This document shows positions 1 through 9,088 of a stretch of 64,000 nucleotides of DNA, piece after piece. The stretch's first letter is position 1; each line of letters starts with the position of its first letter. A program made the translations under genes and the position numbers. Below the pieces are notes generated by a model. The model did not search any database and was not told where the DNA came from. It saw nothing but the letters and a program-made list of their open reading frames with translations. The stretch comes from a virus, in IMG/VR virus record IMGVR_UViG_3300020190_000010, positions 64,001 to 128,000 of that record. One strand, given 5' to 3'.

Positions 1-920
1 TTGTATCAAGTTCTGTTCAAGTATTAGGTGGAACGGGAATAGTATCATCTTCTACACAAAGAAGTTCTATTGGATTAGGAACAAGTGATAATGTTGTATT
101 TGGAAATATATCTGGTAGTAATTTAACAATAGATGGTAATGCATTTATTGATGGAACTCTTACTGCTAGAACTTATGTGGTATCGTCATCGATAGTTGAT
201 ATACAATCAATTAAGGCATCTGGTTCAACTCAATTTGGTGACACAATAGATGATACACACCAATTTACTGGTTCATTATTTTTAAGTGGCTCACTTACAT
301 CACAAGGAACAATTACTGCTCCACTTTTTAGTGGTATATTTGGTGGTGGTGTAATTTCATCTTCACAGCAAATTCAAGATTTAGGATTTGTTACTGATGG
401 TGAATTGAGTGGTAGTGTTTATTGGGATAATATACTCAATAAACCAAGTGGTATAGTATCATCTTCTACACAAACACTTTCACATTTATTTGGAACAAAC
501 ATTGTTTCTGGATCAGGTCAAAGGAGTGTATTAGGTTTGGCAGAAAGTGATTCACCTAGATTTTCAACATTATATGCAACAAATGCAAATTTTGACGGAA
601 ACCTTTTAGTAGGCGGAACAATAACGGCAAGAACTTATGTGGTATCATCATCGGTAGTTAATTATCAAACAATTTTGGTATCTGGATCATCAAAATTTGG
701 TGATAGTTTAGACGATATACACCAGATAACAGGTTCATTGTCTGTTACTGGTAGTTCATTTTTTGATGTAAACACCTTTATATTAACTGGTTCAGCTTAT
801 GTAACTGGTAGTCTTATCGTTGAAGGAAAATTTGTATTACCATCTATAAATGAACTTCCTATAATAGATTCAACAGGAAGTTTAGTTATTTCAGGAAGTA
901 ATCTATATTTATTCATATAA
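1..920 (+). CDS. Tail fibre-like structural protein, 5'-truncated by the window edge
   Basis: Frame is open from base 3 (VSSSVQVLGGTG...). Contains two copies of the module TxTARTYVVSSS...SGSxxFGDxxDDxHQxTGSL. Gly/Ser/Thr-rich beta-type fibre sequence. Confidence 0.7.
   Translation, partial: VSSSVQVLGGTGIVSSSTQRSSIGLGTSDNVVFGNISGSNLTIDGNAFIDGTLTARTYVVSSSIVDIQSIKASGSTQFGDTIDDTHQFTGSLFLSGSLTSQGTITAPLFSGIFGGGVISSSQQIQDLGFVTDGELSGSVYWDNILNKPSGIVSSSTQTLSHLFGTNIVSGSGQRSVLGLAESDSPRFSTLYATNANFDGNLLVGGTITARTYVVSSSVVNYQTILVSGSSKFGDSLDDIHQITGSLSVTGSSFFDVNTFILTGSAYVTGSLIVEGKFVLPSINELPIIDSTGSLVISGSNLYLFI
905..912 (+). promoter_or_regulatory. Candidate late promoter ATATTTAT
   Basis: 31 nt before fibre gene 944. 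Confidence 0.55.
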
Positions 921-943
921 ACAACTTAATTTTGGAGAATTAA

Positions 944-2260
944 ATGGCAGCGTGGAAAAAAATCATAGTATCGGGTAGTGTGGCCGAATTAGCATCGGTT
1001 AGTGCTTCGGTTGGTGTGTTAGTCGGTACTAATCAACAAATTCAAACTACATCGGCATCTACAAGACTCTCTGGTTCTTTTTCCGGATCTTTTACAGGCG
1101 ATGGTAGTGGATTATCAGGTGTAACAGCAACACCATCATTCCCAACAACTGCAAAAACAACACTTGCAGGTTCAGACAAATTTTTTGTAAATGATGATGC
1201 CGGTGATGCAACAAGTGGTAATAAGAAAATTACATTATCAAATTTATTAACTGATATTGCTGGTAATGGTTTATCCGCAGTTGGTGGTGAAACACTAAAT
1301 GTTAATTCTGGTTCAATGCAAACTTTCTTTAATTCATCATCATATGCAGGTGTTAGCGGCGATATTCTTATAGATGCATCAACCGGTGTTGCAACAATAC
1401 AAGCCAATTCGGTTGCTCTTGGAACAGATACAACAGGTAATTATGTTGCTACTGTATCTGCTTCTGGTGCTCTTCTGTCATCTGCAACAAGTGGTGAAGG
1501 AAGCACCCCAAACATTACATTAGATACAAACTCAGCAACATTTACAAGTGGTGTTGTATCTGCTCTTCCAAGTGGAACAGTTAGTGGTTCTTCATTCAGT
1601 TCACCGTCACAAGGCACAGTCCGTGCAACAATTAACGGTGTAAATACAGATGTTGATACCGGTCTACAAACAGGAGACAGTCCAACATTTGTTGATGTAA
1701 CTTTAACAGGCGATATTACTGTTGGTGGCAATGATATTAAGATGAATGGTGGCACAACTGCCCTCACATTTAGTGGAACCGGTGATGTAGAAGTTGCTGG
1801 TGATTTGAAAGTTAGTGGTAACGATATTAAGGCAAGTAATGGAACAACTGCAATTACTCTTAATGGCGCTAATGCAACTGTTTCTGGAAGTCTTACTGTA
1901 TCTGGTGATTTAACTGTTAGTGGAACAACAACAACACTGGATACAACAAATCTTTTAGTTGAAGACAAATTTGCTCTTTTTGCATCTGGATCAAATGCAT
2001 CAACCGATGGTGGTATAATTGTTCAACAAGGTTCAACAACCGGCTATGCTTTGGGAGTTGATGCCGATGCAGACCGATGGGCACTTCAAAATAATTTATC
2101 ACCAACTGCAGTTACTATTGCACCTGATGCATTTATGGGTGTAATACAACAATGGACAACTGGTAATGCACCTGCAGCTCCACAATACGGCGGTGCAACT
2201 GCATACGGAACAATCGGTGTTGACATTGACGCCAAAGAGGCGTACATTTGGATAGGATAA
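944..2260 (+). CDS. Tail fibre / structural fibre protein
   Basis: G/S/T-rich, with repeated V.GDLxV.G beta-helix motifs. GGAG SD and ATATTTAT motif upstream. Confidence 0.7.
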   Translation: MAAWKKIIVSGSVAELASVSASVGVLVGTNQQIQTTSASTRLSGSFSGSFTGDGSGLSGVTATPSFPTTAKTTLAGSDKFFVNDDAGDATSGNKKITLSNLLTDIAGNGLSAVGGETLNVNSGSMQTFFNSSSYAGVSGDILIDASTGVATIQANSVALGTDTTGNYVATVSASGALLSSATSGEGSTPNITLDTNSATFTSGVVSALPSGTVSGSSFSSPSQGTVRATINGVNTDVDTGLQTGDSPTFVDVTLTGDITVGGNDIKMNGGTTALTFSGTGDVEVAGDLKVSGNDIKASNGTTAITLNGANATVSGSLTVSGDLTVSGTTTTLDTTNLLVEDKFALFASGSNASTDGGIIVQQGSTTGYALGVDADADRWALQNNLSPTAVTIAPDAFMGVIQQWTTGNAPAAPQYGGATAYGTIGVDIDAKEAYIWIG

Positions 2261-2266
2261 TTTTGC

Positions 2267-2297
2267 TTTGATATATTATTAAAAATTGTTATATTTG
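2267..2297 (+). promoter_or_regulatory. Bacteroidota-type primary-sigma promoter
   Basis: TTTG (2267-2270), 19 nt, TATATTTG (2290-2297). Matches the -33 TTTG / -7 TAnnTTTG consensus. Confidence 0.7.
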
Positions 2298-2323
2298 TTA
2301 TGAAAAAAATTATAGGCTATATT

Positions 2324-2503
2324 ATGGGTTTAGTAAATAAAGAAAATTCATTAAAAGAAAGACAAAACGTTTCAGTTCCTCCTTTTACCAAGGAGGAACT
2401 GGAATTTTTATTAAAGTTAGTTTCTGAATGTACTTTTCAAGGAAAAGAAGTACAAGTTGTATATGACCTTGTATACAAACTTCAACAGTTATATGTAAAA
2501 TAA
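2324..2503 (+). CDS. Small hypothetical protein
   Basis: ORF track. Start moved to ATG 2324 because ATG 2300 lies at the predicted transcription start. Confidence 0.6.
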   Translation: MGLVNKENSLKERQNVSVPPFTKEELEFLLKLVSECTFQGKEVQVVYDLVYKLQQLYVK

Positions 2504-2517
2504 TAAAAAGGTTTTTT

Positions 2518-4137
2518 GTGAAAAAAGTTTTGTTTGTGGTGCCACATCTTTCCACAGGTGGTCTACCGCAATATACCTTTAAATTTATAGAAAGTATAAA
2601 AAATAAATACGATGTATATTGTCTTGAATACCAAGATATTACAGGCGGAATTTTAACCGTTCAACGAAATAAGATTGTAAATTTATTAGGAAATAATTTT
2701 TACAGTCTATCCCATCACAACAAAAATATACACGAAGTTATTTTGGAGATAACTCCCGATGTTATTCATTTTCAAGAAATTCCACAATCTTTCATTGTAA
2801 ACGAAGATTTGAACAAAATTTATTCGGATAATAGAAAATATAAAATAGTGGTAACAACCCATGGATCAAATACAAATCCAAAGGAAATAATTTATTCAGC
2901 AGATAAGTTCATACTTGTTTCAAATTGGAGCAAAGATATTTTTATTGAAGAATTTGGAAAAGAACTTTGTGATATTTGGGAATATCCAATAGATAAAAAT
3001 GAATATAATAAAGATGATGCTAAAAAAGAATTAGGATTTGATAGTAATTTTAAGCATATACTCAATGTTGGTTTATTTACTCCGGGAAAAAATCAAGGTG
3101 AACTAATTGAACTTGCAAGAAAACTTCAAGATAAACCAATTAAATTTCATTTTGTTGGAAATCAAGCCGGTAATTTTGAGAATTATTGGAAACCGATAAT
3201 GGATAAATTTCCATCAAATTGTATATGGCATGGTGAAAGAGAAAATGTTGATAAATTTTACAAAGCCGCTGATGTTTTTTATTTTACATCAAACCTTGAA
3301 TTAAATCCTTTGGTTGTAAAGGAAGCATTGTCATACGGATTACCAACTTTCATAAAAAAATTAGAAACATACGGTAATGAATACGATGATAGAGTTAATT
3401 ACATAACAAAAGATATAAATGATAATGTTAAAAAATTATTGCATGTATTAAACATGAATAACAAATTAAAAGAAAAAGTGCATAAAAAAAATATAGTTGC
3501 TATGCACATGATTACTGATATTGATACTGAAAGAGAAGTTGATTCTATGATTTCTTTATCAAAGTTAGAAAACTATGGAATAGAGTATATTCCATGTGTA
3601 AACAGGAGATATACCGAATTACCACCAAAAGAAACGTGTGAATATCCAGATAAAATTAGTTTTGAACCTGGTGGAAAATTGACACCTGGACATTATGGAT
3701 GCTACCTTGCACACAAGAATGCAGTATTAGATGGAATAAATAAAAATGAAGATTATATTCTTGTATTTGAATGTGATGCAATTATTGATGTGAGTTACGA
3801 TGAATTTATTGAAAAATTAAATTTTGCGTGCAAAACGCTAAATGATACAGATTTGTTAATGTTCTCATTTGGTTTTCATAATAATACAAATATAATTGAT
3901 AAGAAAAAAGATTATTGGGTTGTTAATAAATTTTATGGAGCACATGCATATTTGATACCAAAAAAATCATACAATGTATTCAAAAATCTTTTTGAAAATG
4001 AAAAATGGAATGTTACCGATTTATTATATGCTGAAAAATTAGATAATTACAAAATCGGTATTTTTGAAAAACCAATAACAAAACAAGCATCAGGAATTTC
4101 CATATTAGATAAGGTTTACCATGAAGAAAGATACTAA
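2518..4137 (+). CDS. Glycosyltransferase fusion: GT4-like (GT-B) plus C-terminal GT25-like (GT-A) domain
   Basis: PHLSTGGLPQ, KNQ, and FYFTSNLELNPLVVKEALSYGLP (ExxxxxxxE) in the first domain. GCYLAH, VFECDA and GAHAYLI in the second. Confidence 0.8.
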   Translation: MKKVLFVVPHLSTGGLPQYTFKFIESIKNKYDVYCLEYQDITGGILTVQRNKIVNLLGNNFYSLSHHNKNIHEVILEITPDVIHFQEIPQSFIVNEDLNKIYSDNRKYKIVVTTHGSNTNPKEIIYSADKFILVSNWSKDIFIEEFGKELCDIWEYPIDKNEYNKDDAKKELGFDSNFKHILNVGLFTPGKNQGELIELARKLQDKPIKFHFVGNQAGNFENYWKPIMDKFPSNCIWHGERENVDKFYKAADVFYFTSNLELNPLVVKEALSYGLPTFIKKLETYGNEYDDRVNYITKDINDNVKKLLHVLNMNNKLKEKVHKKNIVAMHMITDIDTEREVDSMISLSKLENYGIEYIPCVNRRYTELPPKETCEYPDKISFEPGGKLTPGHYGCYLAHKNAVLDGINKNEDYILVFECDAIIDVSYDEFIEKLNFACKTLNDTDLLMFSFGFHNNTNIIDKKKDYWVVNKFYGAHAYLIPKKSYNVFKNLFENEKWNVTDLLYAEKLDNYKIGIFEKPITKQASGISILDKVYHEERY

Positions 4138-5698
4138 AATTGGATTTATATTAACATACTTTCATAATTCAAGAGAAGGTTATGAATTATTGAAAAAAAA
4201 TGTAGAAATTATTAGCAGAGAAAATTATTACTTTGTAATAGCAAGTCATTCTCCTTTACCGGTTGAAATGCAAGAAATGTGTGATTTTTATTTTTATCAA
4301 CAAAAAAATGTAGTTGATGATAAAAGGTATTCACATGGAGTTGCAGAAAATAACTTAATACAAATTTCACTAAATCATTTGAAATCTAATGGAATAGAAT
4401 GGGCGTATAAGATATGTTATGACATAGAATTGAATGATGTTAGTAGGTTCAAGGATTGGATTAAAGAATACAAATATAAGTTTGTTTCATGTAATTGGGG
4501 AAATAACATATTATGTACAAATTCTTTCTTCACAAATGTTAATTTTGTTTTGAAAAACATAGACTTTTATGATTCAATAGATTCTATGTTTAGTGTAAAT
4601 AATGTTCTTGAAAATTGTTGGGAAAAAAATGTAATAGATAAAAATTTGTTACATGAAATATATTCTTTCAAAGACAAAGAAACTTTTTATGGTGATAACA
4701 AAATAGATATTCTTTTCTACAATTATTCTGATATATCGTTTACCTATTCTAAAGAAGAAAACAGATTTTACATATCAAACAATACGAAACATGAAACTAT
4801 AAACAAATTTCGTATATTTGACTATTACAGCGATACCGTAATTGATGTTCAAACCAATACGAATATAACTCCTGGATCTACATGGTGGTTTGTACCACCA
4901 CATTCTGGATATGTTCCAAATGCTAAAAACGGATATTATGTTGAAATTTATTTTCCAGATAGAGTGGTAAGAAAGAACACCGGAATAATAGATTTTGATT
5001 ACAAACACCCGTTACACAAAAAATTCTTAAAACATAAATTTGAAGACATAAAATACAACGAATTTTCAGATTTTTCCGAATATAATCTGTATGATGAATT
5101 TAACATTGAACCAAACGAAATAAAAACATATGTTGATATTGGTGCAAACTATGGTATGTCTAGTATACCATTTATTGCATCAAATTCAAAAGTTTACATG
5201 GTAGATGCGGATTCTACCAACATAAGAATACTTGAAAATTCATACGGAAAAGATAACAGGATAAAGATAATAAATAAGGCAATTCATTCTTATGATGGTA
5301 TTACATCTTTTTATGAAGATATTAACGGATCATGTATTTCAAGTATTTCTAATTCAAATGTATTTGGTTCATCGGATAATAGAATAGAAAAAAAAGTAGA
5401 ATGTATATCACCAAACAATTTGATTGAAAAGTATGTGGATGAATATGAAATAGATCTACTAAAAATAGATATAGAGGGTGCAGAGTATGAATTTTTCAAT
5501 AGTATAACAGATGACAATATCAAAAGGATAAAAAAGTTTGTAATAGAGTTTCATATGAATGAAAATTATCGTGTTATGAATATAATAAAAAAACTTGCAA
5601 AAAATGATTTTAGATTTAGACTTGCAAAATGGGAACGGAATAATGATGATGATTATATTGTATCACATACTTGGGGTATAATTTATGCTTGGAAGTAA
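4121..5698 (+). CDS. FkbM-family SAM methyltransferase with an N-terminal GT-like domain
   Basis: VDIGANYG and IDLLKIDIEGAEY...VIEFH motifs in the C-terminal half. Confidence 0.8.
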   Translation: MKKDTKIGFILTYFHNSREGYELLKKNVEIISRENYYFVIASHSPLPVEMQEMCDFYFYQQKNVVDDKRYSHGVAENNLIQISLNHLKSNGIEWAYKICYDIELNDVSRFKDWIKEYKYKFVSCNWGNNILCTNSFFTNVNFVLKNIDFYDSIDSMFSVNNVLENCWEKNVIDKNLLHEIYSFKDKETFYGDNKIDILFYNYSDISFTYSKEENRFYISNNTKHETINKFRIFDYYSDTVIDVQTNTNITPGSTWWFVPPHSGYVPNAKNGYYVEIYFPDRVVRKNTGIIDFDYKHPLHKKFLKHKFEDIKYNEFSDFSEYNLYDEFNIEPNEIKTYVDIGANYGMSSIPFIASNSKVYMVDADSTNIRILENSYGKDNRIKIINKAIHSYDGITSFYEDINGSCISSISNSNVFGSSDNRIEKKVECISPNNLIEKYVDEYEIDLLKIDIEGAEYEFFNSITDDNIKRIKKFVIEFHMNENYRVMNIIKKLAKNDFRFRLAKWERNNDDDYIVSHTWGIIYAWK

Positions 5699-6797
5699 AA
5701 TAAAATGTAAATTTGAAAATGGTTTATTAACTGTAAAAAATATATCAAACATAACATTAAACGATTGTTTGATAAATTTGAAAAATGTTTTTAACCACAA
5801 TGTTGTTTTTCAAATGACAACACTTCAACCAAATGTTGAACAAATTTTTACGGTATCTAATAATAATTTTAATTTGTATTGGATGGATGATGTTGTATAT
5901 TTGAACATCTATCAGAATCACAAATTGATATATCAGAAAAATATAAATGATAAATCAAAGTGCTATGTAATTTACTCAAATGAAAACTTTGAATCATTAG
6001 CCGAGCAATTGATACTTGGATTGGACTCATATTCAACATCGGATGTTATACATTATTCGATAAATTATGAATGTAAATTGGATTATCCAAACTTAAAAAA
6101 TATAAGTTATTATGTCGATGGTGATATAAAAGACGGTCAATATATGCAATTTATGAAACCAAAATTGTTTTTAGATTTGTTAAGCAGGGGATATAAAAAT
6201 GTTGTATTTCTTGATGCAGATATACAAGTTAGACCCAATATAGATGATATGTTTAGGTTTCTTCCAGAATTAGATGCAGGTCCCTTGTTACAAAAACATG
6301 CATGGGATTATACATTGGTTGGTGATCAATATATTCCAGGTCCTTTGTTACAAGAATACATGAAATTACCTACACAAAAATTTCCACAGGGTGTTACAAA
6401 TGTTATGGCATTTAACACTAATCACAAAAGTTTATTTGAAGAATGGGAATCTGTTTGTTTTTCAAACGGTATAGATGAAATAAGAAAAAAAGAATTTTTA
6501 CATGATGAATTGATATTAAATTGTTTATTGTGGAAACTTGGAATACCACCGAAAGAACATAATCTTTTTGTAAACACAGTAAATTTGAATTGTGTACATT
6601 TCTTTTACACACATGATATGGATAACGCCGAAACTGTTAATATGAATGATTACGGTTATGGGTGGGGACATCAATCCTTTATCCCATACGATAAAAATTT
6701 AATAAAAGGATTTCACGGTATAAAAGATTCCATTATTGCTTCAAATGTTAATGAATATGTTTTCATAAATGATTGTGTTAGAGGTAATTATGTATGA
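5685..6797 (+). CDS. GT-A fold nucleotide-diphospho-sugar transferase
   Basis: KP.LF...VVFLDAD (DxD), HDELILN and FHG motifs typical of GT8/GT77-like enzymes. Confidence 0.7.
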   Translation: MLGSKIKCKFENGLLTVKNISNITLNDCLINLKNVFNHNVVFQMTTLQPNVEQIFTVSNNNFNLYWMDDVVYLNIYQNHKLIYQKNINDKSKCYVIYSNENFESLAEQLILGLDSYSTSDVIHYSINYECKLDYPNLKNISYYVDGDIKDGQYMQFMKPKLFLDLLSRGYKNVVFLDADIQVRPNIDDMFRFLPELDAGPLLQKHAWDYTLVGDQYIPGPLLQEYMKLPTQKFPQGVTNVMAFNTNHKSLFEEWESVCFSNGIDEIRKKEFLHDELILNCLLWKLGIPPKEHNLFVNTVNLNCVHFFYTHDMDNAETVNMNDYGYGWGHQSFIPYDKNLIKGFHGIKDSIIASNVNEYVFINDCVRGNYV

Positions 6798-7929
6798 CGA
6801 TATTAAGTTTAACAAAAATATAATAAGAAATGAAATTCAAATTATACATCATTTTGTTGATGGTGGATATGTAGAAATAAAATCACCGATTGAAAAAAAT
6901 TTTAGAGTTGAATTTTGGAACAAAAATAATAACTGTGATTACTCTACGGTATTATCTTCAAATTCTTGGGCAAAAACAAGCAAAAAGTATTTTGAAGAGT
7001 ATACTTGTAAAGTTTATGATGAAGAAAATAAAATTATTTTTAATAAAAAATATGATGCAAAAAATAAAAGAGTATTTATATCGCTTGATTCAAAGGCGTT
7101 GGGTGATACTTTGGCATGGTTTCCATATGTAGAGGAGTTTAGAAAAAAATGGGACTGTGAAGTGATTTGCTCTACATTTTGGAATAAACTTTTTGAAAAA
7201 AATTACCCAAACATCCAATTTGTTCAACCTGGATTAGTTGTTCATAATTTATACGCCATGTATAGAATTGGATGGTATTATGATGGTGATAAAGCAAATT
7301 ATGATTTTACACCAATAGATTATAGACATCAAAATTTACAATATACTGCATGTGCACAACTTGGTTTAGATTTCAAACAAATTCGTGCAAAATTAGATAT
7401 ACCTTCTGTTGAAAAATCAAATAAAGTTGCAATAGGTATACATGGAACTGCTCAAACAAAGTATTGGAATAATCCAACTGGATGGCAAGAATTAACGGAC
7501 TATTTAACAGAAAATAATCATCAAACCATAATAGTTTCAAAAGAAAATGATGGTTATATGGGAAACTATCATCCAAATGGCGCAATAAAATTGCCAGAGG
7601 GATCTATAGAAAATCTGATAAAAGAATTATTATCCTGTAAATTTTTTGTTGGAATTGGATCTGGATTAAGTTGGTTAGCATGGACATTGGGCATTCCTAC
7701 AATTTTAATATCAGGTTTTAGTAAACCGTATTCTGAATTTAGTGGTGATAATGTTTATAGAATATTTAATTCAAATGTTTGTAATGGGTGTTTTAATACT
7801 CACAAATTAGATCCAGGAGATTGGAATTGGTGTCCTGAACACAAAGGAACTGAAAGACAATTTGAATGTACAAAAACAATAACATTTGATATGGTAAAAC
7901 CACATATAGAAAAGTTATTGAAATCATAA
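6790..7929 (+). CDS. Aah/TibC-like autotransporter O-heptosyltransferase family (protein glycosyltransferase)
   Basis: SKALGDTLAWFPY, AQTKYWNNPTGW, FFVGIGSGLSWLAW, LISGFS, and the Cys cluster CNGCFN..WCP...FECTK. Start ATG 6790 follows GAGG. Confidence 0.85.
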   Translation: MYDDIKFNKNIIRNEIQIIHHFVDGGYVEIKSPIEKNFRVEFWNKNNNCDYSTVLSSNSWAKTSKKYFEEYTCKVYDEENKIIFNKKYDAKNKRVFISLDSKALGDTLAWFPYVEEFRKKWDCEVICSTFWNKLFEKNYPNIQFVQPGLVVHNLYAMYRIGWYYDGDKANYDFTPIDYRHQNLQYTACAQLGLDFKQIRAKLDIPSVEKSNKVAIGIHGTAQTKYWNNPTGWQELTDYLTENNHQTIIVSKENDGYMGNYHPNGAIKLPEGSIENLIKELLSCKFFVGIGSGLSWLAWTLGIPTILISGFSKPYSEFSGDNVYRIFNSNVCNGCFNTHKLDPGDWNWCPEHKGTERQFECTKTITFDMVKPHIEKLLKS

Positions 7930-7935
7930 AATCAC

Positions 7936-7943
7936 ATATTTAT
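7936..7943 (+). promoter_or_regulatory. Candidate late promoter ATATTTAT
   Basis: Intergenic, 32 nt before 7976. Confidence 0.6.
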
Positions 7944-7975
7944 AGAAGTATTCATATAAATCGTGGAGTTACCGA

Positions 7976-9079
7976 TTGTCTAATTGGAAGAAAATAATAG
8001 TAAGTGGAAGTCAGGCACACCTATCATCAGTAACGGCATCAAATGGATCTATAATATCTGGTTCGCTTGGTGTAACAGGTTCCATAGATATAATTGGTAA
8101 TTTAATAATAAACGGAACAAGTTATATCGCAGCACCATCTGGAACAAGTGGAACATCAGGAACATCTGGTGCACCTGGTCCCATTGGTCCTCCTGGTGCT
8201 TCAGGTTCATCTGGTTCATCGGGAACACGTGGAACAAGCGGAACTTCTGGTGCTGCTGGTCATGCTGGTGCCACTGGTGCCACTGGTGCTTCAGGTTCAT
8301 CAGGAACTTCTGGTGCTACTGGTGCAACTGGTGCAACTGGTGCTTCAGGTTCATCAGGAACTTCTGGTGCTGCTGGTGCCACTGGTGCCACTGGTGCTTC
8401 AGGTTCATCAGGAACTTCTGGTGCTACTGGTGCAACTGGTGCAACTGGTGCTTCAGGTTCATCAGGAACTTCTGGTTCATCAGGAACATCTGGTGCCACT
8501 GGTGCTTCAGGTTCATCAGGAACTTCTGGTTCATCAGGAACATCTGGTGCTGCTGGTGCTTCAGGTTCATCAGGAACCTCAGGAACAGGATTCAATACGG
8601 TATCAAATCCTGCAGATAATAGAATACTTACATCCGATGGAACTACAAATGCAGCGGTAGCTGAAAGTAATCTAAATTTTGACGGAACGATATTTAACGT
8701 TACTGGTAGTGCATATATTTCTGCTACCGCTCGTTTAACCGATGTTGAAGAACGAGAAGTAACTGTTTTAATTGGTGGAACACCAACAAGTCTAACATTA
8801 GATTTAAGCACTGCAAATGTATTTGAAGTTAGTTGGAATAATAATGTAAATACATTTACAATTTCAAATCCACCACCAACAGATTATGCAGGAAGTTTTA
8901 CACTCGTTACAACTGGAACTGGAATACCTTATACTTGGCAATGGGGTTCTGCGGTAACTTGGTCTGGCGGTTCTGCTCCTGCGATAACAAGCACAAACGG
9001 TAAAAAAGATATTTACGGTTTTATTACTACAAATCAAGGAACTAATTGGTATGGTTTTATCGGTGCACAAAACGTGTAA
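7976..9079 (+). CDS. Collagen-like tail fibre protein
   Basis: About 50 G-X-Y triplets. C-terminal LDLS.ANVF...W..GSAP fibre-tip domain. TTG start with GGAG SD. Confidence 0.75.
   Translation: MSNWKKIIVSGSQAHLSSVTASNGSIISGSLGVTGSIDIIGNLIINGTSYIAAPSGTSGTSGTSGAPGPIGPPGASGSSGSSGTRGTSGTSGAAGHAGATGATGASGSSGTSGATGATGATGASGSSGTSGAAGATGATGASGSSGTSGATGATGATGASGSSGTSGSSGTSGATGASGSSGTSGSSGTSGAAGASGSSGTSGTGFNTVSNPADNRILTSDGTTNAAVAESNLNFDGTIFNVTGSAYISATARLTDVEEREVTVLIGGTPTSLTLDLSTANVFEVSWNNNVNTFTISNPPPTDYAGSFTLVTTGTGIPYTWQWGSAVTWSGGSAPAITSTNGKKDIYGFITTNQGTNWYGFIGAQNV
8138..8590 (+). repeat. Collagen-like 9-bp/54-bp tandem repeats (GTS/GAS/GSS/GAT)
   Basis: Repeated ggtgcttcaggttcatcaggaacttct and ggtgcnact units. 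Confidence 0.9.
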
Positions 9080-9088
9080 GGTTAAGTT

